Of a stretch of 64,000 nucleotides of DNA, positions 39,200 to 52,626 are shown one piece after another. This DNA is from Camelus ferus (taxonomy: Eukaryota): contig NC_045697.1 in NCBI RefSeq assembly GCF_009834535.1, positions 33,978,001 to 34,042,000 on the forward strand. Direction: 5' to 3'. The first letter of the stretch is position 1, and each line of letters opens with the position of its first letter. A program made the translations under genes and the position numbers. Below the pieces are notes generated by a model. That model ran no database searches. It saw only the letters and a list, made by a program, of their open reading frames with translations, and was not told the origin of the DNA.

Positions 39200-40575
39200 G
39201 ACTTTGTCTTTTTGTTGCCACTATGTGAGAGTATTTCTGAAGAGTATCAGACTTGTAGTTTCTCAGTTCACAGAACTGGTAACTTCATATCTCTCTAATC
39301 CCTTCCAGCCTTCCAACAAAAACTCTTCAGTAATATATCAACCCCACTGACATTCCAATTCACTGACCCCACCACCCAGCAATGAGTTCAATGTCCCCAC
39401 TACTGAGCTTAGGATCCATTGTTCATCACTATGATCATTCATATACATATATACTCAACCCTCTTATTCCTGTTTCATCGTGTTTGCCTAGAAAATCTCC
39501 AACCCTGAATAAATATAATTACCCAATGCATGTATAAATGGAGGAACACGACTGAGAGGAAAAACCTAACGGTGACAACTAATCAAATTATAAATGTATA
39601 ACCAAACCCTAAGAGGCCCTCAGCAGCGTCCAGCAAGCCTACTACATTTTCTTGATTGACTCTAATGCTCTGAGACTACTATTTCACATCTTTTCCTCTC
39701 TCCTCAATTCTCCAGTACCCACCCCACTTGCAACACTTGTTCTTGCCTATACTTCACTAATAAAAGGAAACAACCAGAAGGTAGCTACCACATTTTTCCA
39801 CCAGCAAATTTACCAAGCCTCAAAACATCCCCACAGAGAGTGACATCCTACAGTTAGGGTGTGGATAGAATGTACCAGCTTCAGCCATCCACAGCCAGGG
39901 CTCTACCTCTGCACTGGCTGCCATCCCCTCTGGCTACTCAAGGACTTTCCTCCTACAGTTCCCCCCATTTCTTTCCTGCATCACCAACTTCCCCTTTTTG
40001 TATTGGACTATTCCTTACGGAACACAAACGTGCTGTTTTATATTTTTTGATCACCTGCATACTCCAGCTAGCACCCCACACCTTAGAGCCAAAGCCACTG
40101 AAAGAGTTGCCTCCACTTCTTCAGAATGTTCTACCCACCCCATAATCTACTTAGCGAGATGAAGAGTGAAACTCCATCTTGTTGATTTCAGTGGAAAGTT
40201 ATCAATCTTTATCCTACTAGACCTCTCAAGAGCATTTACTCAAACTCTTTTTCTTAAAGCATTTTACTTTCTTGATCCAAGGATGTCACAATCTCTGACC
40301 TTTAATTACATCTTTCTAACTGGCCACTTTTCCTCAATGTCCTTACTGATTCTTTGTCCTCTGCCAGATCTCTGAGTGTTGGATTGCCCTTCAATGCTGA
40401 ACATTATTCTCAATGTACAATCATTTCCATCGCTTGAAATGTCATCTATATGCTGGTCTTTTACAAGTTTCTCTCTTTAACCCTGAAATTTCTCTGAGGC
40501 CCAGATTTGATCACACAGTGTTAATTAAAAATCTCCACTTCAATATCAGTAGGCATCTCAAATCAATATGCCCAA
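39200..40575 (+). mobile_element. Degenerate L2 LINE (ORF2 region)
   Basis: L2 motifs: ATCCTACTAGACCTCTCAAGAGCATTT (ILLDLSRAF-like RT motif), GTCATCTATATGCTG, AGGCATCTCAAATCAATATGCCCAAAA. Confidence 0.65.
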
Positions 40576-41099
40576 AATAATAATAATCATAATATCTGAT
40601 TAGTCAAGATACATTTTAGATTCATTTATCAAAGAAACTCAAAAACACACTGCCTTAAATTAAGAGCAAAGTTTATTTCTCTGTCACATAAATGTCCATT
40701 TAGGTGATTATGTCAAATAGAGTACAGACAAGATTATGTGAATATTTGGGAATTAGGGATTTATTAAAGGAATAAGACTTTACTAACTGAGGGGGAGAAG
40801 ATGTGGAAGTTAGATTCCAGATGGGGATAGTGGAGCATCAGAGAGAAGTCTCTAATGAGGTCTCCTGAAGCAGTACTGTGAGTAGACAAGTTGGAGATTA
40901 CAGAGGACTCTGGGAAGCCAGATACTTTCAGCAGCCAATGTGGGACAATGAATGGGAGCTGGTGAAAAATTCCATTGAAATATGTTACTTTTGCTGAGAT
41001 ACTTCTTCTGTAGGTCCACACCTAAATATTTAGCAGTGGGATTATGGCCACTGTTGGTCAATATGGTGAGTAGTCAGGAGGAATAGACAAATGGAGATC

Positions 41100-41520
41100 A
41101 GGGGAGAGCAAGGACAAAATCAAATCCACCATGACCTAGAGAACAGATGTACATAGGGAGAGCAGTGGACCAAAGAGGACACTGAGGACAAGGTCATCAT
41201 TTAAGGGACAGACAAAAGAGAGGAAGTCCATTTGTAAAAAAGAAGAAATGGGAAAGTCAGAAAAATGAGGGAAAACCAGAAGAAAGCAGTCGAATGTAAG
41301 CCAAGAGAATTAAGAATTAATTCATAATTAAAATTATAAAGCAGTGAGTCATCAATCAAGTCTTGACTTCAGAAATATTTGTAAGGTAAGAACTGAAAGG
41401 TGACCATTGGATTTGGCATTAAGACAGTCAGTGGTGACCTCTGAGAGTCCAAGGATATGTGAATTGTATGGTAGGAGAAACGTGTAGACACTCTTCCAAA
41501 AAGGGAAGGAAAGAGGGAAG
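41100..41520 (-). mobile_element. L2 fragment
   Basis: GTAAGAACTGAAAGGTGACCATTGGATTTGGCATTAAGACAGTCAGTGGTGACCT (antisense L2). Confidence 0.6.
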
Positions 41521-42589
41521 GCAGTAGCTAGAAGGCATAGCCAAGAGACTAGTTCGGTTGCAATTATTTGCAGTTTTGTGTTTATTGTGTGTTTATTTGT
41601 TTGCATTGCAAAGACTGAAACATGTTTATAAGCTATAATGAAGGATCTCTTTCAGAAAAGGGCAAGTAGAGGTGTGAAAGACAGAATAAATAATCGATGA
41701 ATTAAAGTCCTGGCATTCGTGAGAGGGGATAAAATTGTGGAAACAATGGAGGTTTTAACTCAAACAGAAAGCTAACGATCAGTATGCACACATTGTCAGT
41801 GAAGGGATCACTCTTCTTTTTGAGGTTATCTGCTAGGTAGTGTCCCCTATGTGGTGGCTATTTTCCAGGGAACTCAAGAAGAGTAAAGAAGATTTGGAAT
41901 AGCTGCTTGAGTTCAATAAGAGAGTTTTTGCCAAACAATTGAAAGGAATGTAGAACTGGATTCAGGATCTGACTGAGGTTGATGGCACATTTGTAGTGGA
42001 GCTGTGCTGAACAACTGTACCACATTGTCCTTCAGTGTTTGGTCAGAGTGTACAGGTAGAGTGCCAAGTTGCTCATTCCAAGATTAATGTTCTTCACCAT
42101 GATGGATTCAGTCATTTAGGATGCATTCTTCTTGCAAGAAATAGATAATTGAACTAGGTTTAAATAAAGCTGAATCTTTTTCTCACACAATGAAGTCTAA
42201 AGTTAGATGCCTGGGGACATTGGTTCAACAACTCAACAAAGGTAATAAGAACCAGTCTTTCTAACTCTTTCTGCTTTTTGACCACATTTGCATTCGATCC
42301 AGTAGGAAAAGATTGAAGGAGGGTTGGTGCCAATGTTATCAGTACCTTTTATTAGGAAGGCAAAACCTTTCCCAAAAACCCCAGGCTTGACTATCTCAGA
42401 CTGTCTTCGAGGAACTGGAGTCCCCCAGATGGTCGAGAAGAGGCTGGCAACAGGCTTAGTGTGTATCAACAAGCAATATCTACTCTAAAAATCAGAGAAG
42501 TTGAGCCTACATGAAAAAGTGGTTCAAATGATAGTCATATGATCTAGATAAAGAGAGAGGTGGACAGTACCTTAACCACGTGATCTCAC

Positions 42590-43310
42590 TTGGCACTGAA
42601 AATAATATAAATTTATACCAAGTGCCTTTTGATTTGAAGCAATTGGAGGTGCATCGCCCTTAGTAGTTTTCTTACCGAGTGTGAAACCTAAATCTAATCC
42701 TGCAAAACAATAAAATTAATCCAAATTGTAAGACATTCTATACAGAAGTTGACCTGAACTCTTCAACTAGGTCAACATCCAGAAAGGAAAAAAAGGGGGC
42801 AAAGGACTAATCGAGGCAAAATAGATTAAATAGTCATGGCAATGAAATAAAATGTCTGGTCCTTGATTCAATTCTGGAATTTTTCTCAAAAAAACAACAA
42901 TTATGAAATACATTTTTGAAATAAATGGATAATGTTTACTATGGATGAAATATGTTCAAAGATAATTTCTTGGGTGTAATAATGACTATGTTATCTTGTA
43001 GTGTGAAATAGCCTTGTTCTTAGAAGTTTCATGCTGTCACATTTAGGAGTAAACCATTCTGATGGCTGTAATTACTTTCAAATTGTTCACAAAAATACTA
43101 CATGTTTATGATTATACACACACATACACATACAGGCACAGAAAGAAAGAAAATGAGCAAATGTGGTAAAATATTAGCAACTGTTGGATCTAAGGGAAGA
43201 GAACACAAGTGTTCATTGTACAATTTTTTTCAGCTTTCATATAGATTTTTAGTTTTTCTAAATAAAAAATTGGATGAAAATTAGAAGAAAAGGACATTTC
43301 TGAGTTTCTG
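42590..43310 (+). mobile_element. Old L1M 3' UTR fragment
   Basis: CCAAATTGTAAGACATTCTATAC, GTCCTTGATTCAATTCTGG, GCAAATGTGGTAAAATATTAGCAACTGTTGGATCT...GTGTTCATTGTAC. Confidence 0.6.
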
Positions 43311-43585
43311 ATTTATTATATGGAAAAGTTTTAGTTGAATTATTCTTGGTATAAGCATGAGTGTAAGTGATTGAAAGTAAAAGTAAATGTCAAGAGCATT
43401 TATGAAAAACGAAACTATAGCCATGAGTCTTAGGTTCAAATCCTGGCAACTTACTCTGTGATCTTGAGCAAGGCTGTCAATTTCTTCAGCAGTGAAATAA
43501 GGTGATAATAGTACCTAACCTAAAGGTTGTTTGCAGATTAACTGAGATAAGCAATATAAATTACTTTAAGAAGTGTCAGGCTTAT

Positions 43586-45056
43586 GACAAAAAAGGCAAG
43601 AATATACAATGGAGAAAAGACTGTCTCTTTAATAAGTGGTACTGAGAAAACTGGACAGCTACATGTAAAAGAATGAGATTAGAACATTTCCTCACATCGC
43701 ATACAAAAATGAACTCAAAGTGGATTAAAGACCTAAATGTAACCCCTGAAACCATAAAACTCCTAGAAGAAAATATAAGCAGGACACTCTTCAACATAAA
43801 TTGCAGCAACATTTTTTGGATATGTCTCCTAAGGCAAAAGAAATGAAAGCAAAAATAAACAAAGGGGACCTAGTTAAACTTTAAAGTTTTTGCACAGCAA
43901 AGGAAACCATTGACAAAATGAAAAGACAGCCTATCAAATGGAAGAAAATATTTGTAAATTATATGACTGGTAAGGGGTTAAAATCCAAAATATATAAACA
44001 ACTCACACAACTCAATATCAAAAAAACAGACAATCCAATTTTTAAAAAGGACAGAAGACCTGAATAAACATTTTTCCAAAGAAAACATACAAATGGCTAA
44101 CTGGCATCTGAAAAGATGCTCAATGTTTCCAATTATTAGAGAAAGGCAAATCAAAATCACAACATCACCTTATACCTGTCAGAATGACTATAATCAAAAA
44201 GTCCACAAATAACAAATATTGGCAAGCATATGGAGAAAAGGAAACTTTTACATACTATTGGTGAGAATCTAAACTGGTGCAGCCACTAAGGAAAATAGCA
44301 TGGAGTTTCCTCAAAAAACTAAAAATAGAAATACCATATGAACCAGCAATTCCACTTTTGGGTATATATCCCCCAGAAATGAAAACACTAATTTGAAAAG
44401 ATACATGCACCCAAATGTTTGTAGCAGCATTATTTACAATAGCCAAGATATGGAAGCAACCCAAGTGTCCATCAACAGATGAGTGGATAAAGAAGATGTA
44501 GTATATATGTACAATGGAATATTACTCAGTCATAGAAAAGAATGAAATAAAGTCATTTGCAACAGCATGGATGGACCTAAAGAGTATTATGCTTAGTGAA
44601 ATAAACCAGACAAAGAAAGACAAATACTGTAGATTATCACTTACATGTGGACTCTAAAACGTAAAACAAATGACTGTATATAACAAAACAGAAACAGACT
44701 CAGATATAGAAAACAAAATAGTGGATATCAGTGGGGAGATTGGAGAGGGGAGGGACAAAATAGAGGTATGAGATTAAGAGATACAAACTACTATATATAA
44801 AATAGTTAAATAACCAGAATATACCATATAGCACTGGGAAATATAGCCTTTATTTTGTAATAACTTTACATAGAGTATAATCTATAAAAATACTGAATCA
44901 CTATGCTGTACTCCTAAAACTAATATAATTATATTTATAAATCAACTTGATTTATAATTATATATATATATTTATAAATCAACTTGATTTATAATTATAT
45001 ATATATTTATAAATCAAGTTGATTTATAATTATAAATCAACTATATTTCAATATAA
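43586..45056 (+). mobile_element. 5'-truncated L1 of intermediate age, inserted in a MIR
   Basis: Frameshifted ORF2 from GACAAAAAAGGCAAGAATATACAATGGAG (DK.GKNIQW) through the 3'UTR. Degenerate TSD AAGAAGTGTCAGGCTTAT (43568-43585) / AAACAGTGTCAAGTTTAT (45057-45074). MIR sequence lies at 43420-43585. Confidence 0.93.
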
Positions 45057-45161
45057 AAACAGTGTCAAGTTTATATTACAGTAAATACTCCATAACTGTT
45101 GTTAAATTAATATTTTAAAAGTCCCAACTGTGAAGCCAGAGGACTAGAAGGTCATACATCT

Positions 45162-45266
45162 TGTGGCAGACTGAATTATAACTCCCACAAAGATATCCAG
45201 ATCCTAATCCTCATAACCTATGAATATGTTACCTTACATGACAAAAGGTATTTTACAGATGGAATT
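45162..45266 (+). mobile_element. MLT1 LTR 5' fragment
   Basis: TGTGGCAGACTGAATTATAACTCCC...CCTAATCC...ATATGTTACCTTACATGACAAAAGG; similar to the start of the LTR at 61878. Confidence 0.75.
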
Positions 45267-48200
45267 TTACAATTAATTGACAAACCTGACATAAAACTCT
45301 ACAAAGCAGGACTAAAGAAGAACTTAGCACCCAATGCATGTCTTTGTCATTTTAGCGGTGTTTTCTCCTACACATTTAGTCATTTCTAATGACTAAATTT
45401 GGTTCAATATTCAACTTACAAAATTCAGACTAGTCCTCAACACCCTACCATGTAGGCAAGAATATCTGTAAATTATATTTCCCTCCTTCCAAGCAGGAAA
45501 TTATTTTTCCCTTTTCTCTTTGTAGGGCTTGTGTCACATAACCCCAAATTACTAATATTAATATCCCTGTAGAATTAATGTTGCTTTTTCTAAGAAATTC
45601 TAAAGACCAGAGCTGAAGTGGTTTTCTCTTGTCAAGATCTTATAGCCAAAGCCAAAGAGCAACCATGCTTTGTATTTCCTCTTGTTTCTTGTCAGTTCTT
45701 TGAACCTAACTGCCCTAGAGACTGGACTGTAAAAGCTCAAAATAAACAATCTTATAATTAAAAAAGGTAGTCTTAGAGCAGACTGCCCCCAGAAGCTAAA
45801 TAATACTTTTGAAGAAAAGAGATAATTGGTTTCAGAAATACTTAATCAAAAAAATATAAAACAACAGCACTTGGTAAGAGGTGTCAGATGGCAATATTTA
45901 AGAATGGACAACAGAGTTTGGAGATTAGCATCCCGTGAAATAAGGGTCTCCACCATCAGCTTGTATGGTCTGCCTCTTTTTAGAAATGTCTTGCAAAGCT
46001 TCCAATACAATGTGAATGTAGCTACAGAGATTTCATTCTAGGTTCTGAAATTAAAGTGGCCTAGTTTTTTTTAATTGAGATTATGAAAATAAACAATGTA
46101 CAGTAGAACTTCAGAATCTGCACAGCATAGGGGTTGTAGCTGACTGGTGTGCTGTGAGCACTACCATCAAAGACCCTTGACTTACATGAGGGACATACAT
46201 AATAGCTTGTTTCTCTAGACCACATTCCCTTAAGAGTCTCCGGTTTACTAGGAATAGCTTCCTGACATGACTATAATTAGTTTTAGCTCTTATTTATACA
46301 GATTTTCTTTTACTGCCTGGGAACTCACTAGTAGAGTTTTAAAGTCAATGGTTACATTTCCATCTACAGCATATGAAGGATTATTTCACACCTTATTTAT
46401 CAGCATCCTGTTAATTCTACATTTCTCTTTCAGTTTATCCAAAGCATTGACTGTTCAGGTCCCCACCATTACGTTCTTAGACCTCCTTGCTTTCTCTTCA
46501 CTTCCATCACCAGCACCAACAGTGGAAGGTTATGTTGCACAGGGGTTAAGGGTTGGACTCTAGCATCAAACTGCCTAAGTTCTAATTCCTCCTCTTGCAT
46601 TTCCTGACTGTATGACTGTGGCCAATTCGCTAGATCTTTTTCCTCCTCAGGTTCTTCACGACTGAAATAACACCAATCTCTTAAATGAGATGTACAACAT
46701 CATAATACACCTGTTACATAATTTTAAAGTATTTAATTTCTTTAGGGGTCCATTTTCCACCCACCACCCCTGCAAATATATTTTCTTTACTTCAATGAAC
46801 ATAGTACTTTGCATTGAGAGTCAATTGCTTAGAAAAGGGAGGAAGTAGGTCAATCAGTCATAGTTACTACTTAATTTACAACATACATGATTTAAATTTG
46901 TGCCTGAGCTAAATTAGAAATTAGCAATGTGTGTAAATTCTTATCATATTGGGAAAAAGTCAAATTCCAAGTTACTAAATCCATAAAAACCTTTTCCATG
47001 AAATACAGGGAATAATCTTACTCTTTGATCTATGGGGTATACCAGTGTAGGGTGCAGGGACATGGTCCGTTGACTAATGCCCTTCTCCCAGCCTAGATAG
47101 TTTCCATTCACAACCAGTAATTCCTGCCTTCACAGACTAACAAATATATTGTATCTTCCCTGAAGCCTACACAAATGACATCAAAGGGACATCATTTTGC
47201 CTACTTTGAAGTGCATACATCATCATATTTGCGCCATTAATTGGGAATTTATATCTTGTTTACATTTTATTTATTCACATATGTATATGTGTTATTTCTA
47301 ATAATGTTATATTCCTGCTTCCACCCTTCAACAACTCTCTATCATCTGCAAAATGAAGTCCATGTTTCCATACAAAGTGCTTCCTTCCTATGTTTATCTC
47401 CTGCCCTTCTTTGGCAAAGCCCTTGAGTTCCACCTGAACCAGAATTTTTCGAGTTCCCTGATGTAGTGTGCATCTACTGTACTCAGATGTACCTAAAGAT
47501 AAGAAAACAAACAGGATAGATGAAACTCAAAAGAAGTATTGAGCATGAATAGTAAATCAAGCCAGTAGCTTATGAGGTAAAGGCAACATTTATAGGATAG
47601 TTAAGTACAGATAATGACTAAGCAAGTCACTTGTGAAACAGGCAGAATTCATAACATGCACTTGATATAGACAATAAACAAGTAAAATGGATGACACCTC
47701 CAAAGAAAAAGTAGAGAAATATGTTGCAATAAGAGTGTTATTTACAGATAGAAATGGATAGAAAGAGCAAAGTCTTAATCATCATTTGACAACTACAATG
47801 CCCCCAAATTAGGTCATCCATTAGTAACACCCAAAAACTCCTGTCCTGGCCCCACATGTGCTCTACCCAAGAAATATAAATAAAACCCATGGTTGTTCGA
47901 GGAGCTAATTGCCAAGACCTAGCTTTGTTTGGACATAACCACAGAGAAATATATGTCCTCTGTCTCCCCCTACGTCTCACTGGCCCAGAGTACCTTCTGC
48001 AGACCACCTTGCTTCAACCTCAACTCTGCTCCTCATAATCACACCATCAGTGGGGGCATCCAAGGTGGCAGAGAGAGGGAGGATGTAGGAACATTATATG
48101 CCCCCTAACACAGGTGGTGAGATTCTTACACCTACTTGCACTCTGTCTTGAGTGTACGTTGCCCCATTCCTTTCCCCTTGTTTTGCTCTGCTTGTTTGTT

Positions 48201-48504
48201 TGTTTTTACTGTATTTTAAATTGCCTTAATATGCCATGTGATTCAAGTATTTTAACTTAGCTGTTCTATAACCTCTGGAAGTTTTGCTTGTTAATATATT
48301 TGGAAGCACTGAGATAATTTCTCACATGACATTTGATCATATCACATTGTTTTATATACTTTTGTGCATGTTGTATTCTACATTCCTAGAATGCTGTCCC
48401 CCATGTCTTTCCATGAATAATGACTTATGCTTTAAAACCCAGATCATACTGGCCCCACTTTTAAGGTCTTTCCAGATCTGCTTTTTGTTTCAGCACTGCA
48501 CCCT

Positions 48505-49077
48505 GTGTTAGACAGCCTCTAAAATAGATCTCAGTGAGTCCCTCCTCCCAGTAATTCATGCCATGTGTAAGTCCCTTCCCTTGAGTGTGACCATGCCTAG
48601 TGACTCATTTCAAAAGTATAGAATATAGCAAAAGTGATATGATGTTACTTCTGAGATTAGGATTCAAAAAGAATTGTTTCTGCTTAGCTGGTCCTTTCTT
48701 GTTATTTCTCACTTGCTCTAAGGGAAACCAGTTGAGAGTTGTCCTATGGAAATGCCTTATGACAAAGAACTGAGGGAGAGCTCCAACCAGCATCCAACAA
48801 GGACTGGATATGTTCCAACAGTACGTGAGGAACTGAATCCTACTAACAACATTTGAATGAGCTTAGGAGTGGATCCTCCCTCTGCTGAGGCTTCAAATAA
48901 GACCACAGTCCCAGCAAACACCTTGATTGCAATCTTTTGAAAAGCCTAGAGGCAGAGACACCAAACAACATTAAGCACAGATTTCTGGCCCACAAAACCT
49001 ATGTGGCAGTAAATGTTTATTGTTTCAAAAAACTGTTTTGTAGTAACTTGTTATGCAGCAGTAGATAGCTAATACAT
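48505..49077 (+). mobile_element. MaLR (MLT1E/F-like) solo LTR
   Basis: AGACAGCCTCTAAAATAG start; GAGGAACTGAATCCTACTAACAAC interior; GTAACTTGTTATGCAGCAGTAGATAGCTAATACA end. Confidence 0.8.
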
Positions 49078-49289
49078 TTCCCATAGATACATCTACTCTA
49101 ATACCAATCACAGAGCACTGGTGAGATATGTCTGTCCAATCCATGATATTATTTGTACCTTTATGATAGGACTTGTATCTTGGTGATGTTTTTGTAGGGT
49201 GTAACAGCTCCTGGAATGTATTAGGCCCATGACTGAGATATTTAGTGATTTGGAAGCTCCTTGCAGTAACTAATTTAATCATCATTTTA

Positions 49290-49480
49290 ATAGCAAGCTT
49301 TTAAGCCCTTGCCCTTCGAGGTAATTTTCTAAACCCTTTACAAGGTTATTATTTTATCTAATCCTAATATTAACCCATTTTAGGAAGAAGGAAACTGAGT
49401 CACAGAGAAGTCAGGTAACTTGTAACTTGCCAACATCAATAGCTAAAGAAGCCTGGTTCCAAACACAGGCAATCTACACA
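49290..49480 (-). mobile_element. MIR SINE
   Basis: CCCATTTTAGGAAGAAGGAAACTGAGTCACAGAGAAGTCAGGTAACTTG. Confidence 0.7.
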
Positions 49481-51624
49481 GAACCCACATTCTCAATACA
49501 AAGACTACGTCAATATCTTACATTTCTAATATTACATACACCTTACATATATCTTAAATGTTTTTGTTCCACACACATTCTCCAGCACAGTGCCTCACAT
49601 AGAAAGGATTGATAAATATGAGTGAGTGAGTGAAGAAATCAGTACCAGACATTTTTTGTTCTGGCTGAGCTTTTACCTTCTGAGCCAAGGGGACAAGCAC
49701 ATCAGCAAAGGAGGAATTCTCTGACTCTTCCCCGAGGATCCATTATCATCAGTGATGATGTGAAGCAGAGCCCATCGGTCCACAGAGACCCTTTCAATTC
49801 CCCATTCTGTCTAAGTGAAAACTAGAGAAATGCTACATTTTCACAAGCCTGTATTTCTGTCAGCTTTCCATTTTGAAACTATTATTTTAAATGAGCTCAT
49901 TGTATCTGGAATAAAATCCAACTGGCATATAGCAATCTCATTGCTTCACAGTTATAAGGCAAATCTGAAATGGGGGAAATCACAAACCGAAGACTTTGCC
50001 ACTGTTGTTGTTAGAGGTTGGGGAAATTTCTCATAGATTATTACAGACCAAATGATGTGAACAGCCTATGCATTCTGTTCTCAATCTTCAATCTGCAGTC
50101 TGCAGTCTGGGAACATTAGTTAGACTCCATCACATGGAATTCCTTTTCTATTGCTCTTTTAGCTGCACTCTCTATGGTAAATTGGCCACTGCCTAAAATG
50201 GAATATGCCTTATTTTTAGGAGTTAATCTACCAATTATAGATTCAACTGTCGATATTGTAGAGGAATACGTGTGAGCAGTGGAAGCCCCACTGAGCTATA
50301 CAACAGTTTACCAGCCTTCCTGCCTCTTGGGTAGACTAGGTTGGTGAGTTAAATCAAAGCAAGAGACAAACTCCCTGAAAACCTGACTCTCCCAGTGCCA
50401 CAATTATTTTTTTGCTTTGAGATTTTTATAGACCCCCTACCTTTGAACTATGTTACAGCTTTACCCTACTCAGAAGTAGAAATGAGATAAAATGAATATT
50501 GGGAGTCTTCAGGGAATGAGTAACTTCAGAAAATGGGACTTGGTTGTGCTGAGATTAGGAGGATCTCACAATGAGGTGTATGGCCTCTGAACACAATGGG
50601 AGATGCTGAAAAACTATCATCTCTACTTTGCAGTTTTGTCCAGAGGTAGATCTCTATAGAATCTGTGGGACCAGAACGAGACCTTACTCTATAGAAAATG
50701 CTAGATTAAAATTAATGAAAGAAGACTGTGGAAAAGTAAACAATTTAAATAATACCTGAAATTATGACTGACAATCCTATACTGTTGTTGCTTAATATCT
50801 TCAGACAGAGTACCATCAGGACTCTGATAAAACTAGGAAAACTTGAGAGAGCTATTTGATAAGAATTTTGAGTAGTGTTTCTCCTAAAGTTAATACATAT
50901 TATGAAAAGGAAGAGTATTAACAAATTTCCAGGGATTTTCCATAAAGCATACACTTTCTGAAATATTTATATTAGTAATACTTTACCTATACAAATTTAA
51001 TTGGGGGCAGATGAGTATATCCTCTTACTTGACAACTCTTCACATGCAATTCTTGCAAAATTAATCTGCAATTTTTTTCAAGGGCCCTCTGGGAAAACCA
51101 AAAGGTAGTTTTGCAAGTCAAAAATTAGACATAGAAAATGTAAATATAGACTTTTATTGCATTATATAAAAGACATTAACCAGTACGTCAAGTAAGCAAA
51201 GCTTTCAAGATCAGTCAAACTTTGCTTAAATTTTAAAACATCTCATAACTTATTTTCAGAATCAAGTATTATAAATCAAGGTGAATAAAATTCACTTTCC
51301 AAGTTTGTCATGCTTTTCGTATTCTGGAACACACCTACACTTCACTTTAGTACAGTGCTTCTTTATCAGAGTGTCCTTGCAGCCAGAACTATGTTCATAG
51401 TAACATGAAGATGTTAACATGCAATGCAGTCAGCACTGCTGTCTTAAAATAAATCAATAAATACATACTAAAAATTTCTTAGTTTTAATTTCAATATGGT
51501 GAATATTGATGAAATTTAAGAGTGTAAATGGGCCAGGAGACCAAAAAATTTGATTGCCATGGCTTTAGGATAAAACTTTTTTTTTTCTAGAATAATAAAG
51601 ACACACAAATTACAGGTGTATTCC

Positions 51625-52626
51625 TTTTTTTTTCTTGTCTTTATTGAGGTATAGTTGATTTACAATGTTGTGTTAGTTTCTGGTGTACAGCAAAGTGATT
51701 CAGATGTGTATACATATATATATATTTCTTCAGATTCTTCTCTATTATAGATTATTACAAGATATTAAATGTAGTTCCCTATGCTATACAGTAGGTCCTT
51801 GTTGTTTATGTATTTTATATATCTGCAAATCCCAAACTCCTAATTTATCCCTCCCTTCCTTCCCCTCTGATAACCATAAGTTTGTTTTCTATGTCTGTGA
51901 GTCAATTTCTGGTTTGTAAATAAGTTTATTTGTATCATTTTTTTAGATTACACAAATAAGTGATATCATATATTTATCTTTCTCTGTCTGACTTACTTCA
52001 CTTAGTATGATAATCTCTAGGTCCATCCATGTTGCTGCAAATGACATTATTTCTTTCTTTTTAATGCCTGAGTAGTATTCCATTGTGTGTGTGCGTATGC
52101 ATGTACGTGTGTGTGTGTGTGTGTGTGTGTGTACCACACCAACTTTATCCAATCATCTGTTGATGGACATTTAGGCCAAATTCCATGTCTTAGCTGTTGT
52201 AAATAGCACTGCTATGAACATTGGGGTACATGTATATTTTTGAATTAGAGTTTTCTCTGGATATGTTCCCAGGAGTGGGATTGCTGGATCATATGGCAAC
52301 TCTATTTTTAGTTTTTTAAGGAACCTTCATACTATCCTCTAGTGATTGCACCAAACTGCATTCCCACCAAAAGTGTAGGAGGGTTCCCATTTTCTTTATA
52401 CCTTCTCCAGCCTTTATTATTTGTAGACTTTTTGATGACAGCCATTCTGACTGGTGTAAAATGATACTTCATTGTAATTTTGATTTGCATTTTTCTAATA
52501 ATTAGCAATATTGAGCATCTTTTCATGTGCCTGTTGTCCATCTGTATATCTTCTTTGGAGAAACGTCTATTTAAATATTCTGCCCATTGTTTGATTAGGT
52601 TGTTGGGTTTTTTCCACATTGAGCTA
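51625..52626 (-). mobile_element. 5'-truncated L1 (ORF2 C-terminus + 3'UTR), antisense
   Basis: Minus-strand ORFs 52332-52631 and 51943-52152 are ORF2 fragments. PolyT at ~51625 and an internal (TG)n at 52084-52132. Possible degenerate TSD TACAGGTGTATTCCTT / TACAAGTATATTTCTT. Confidence 0.93.
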
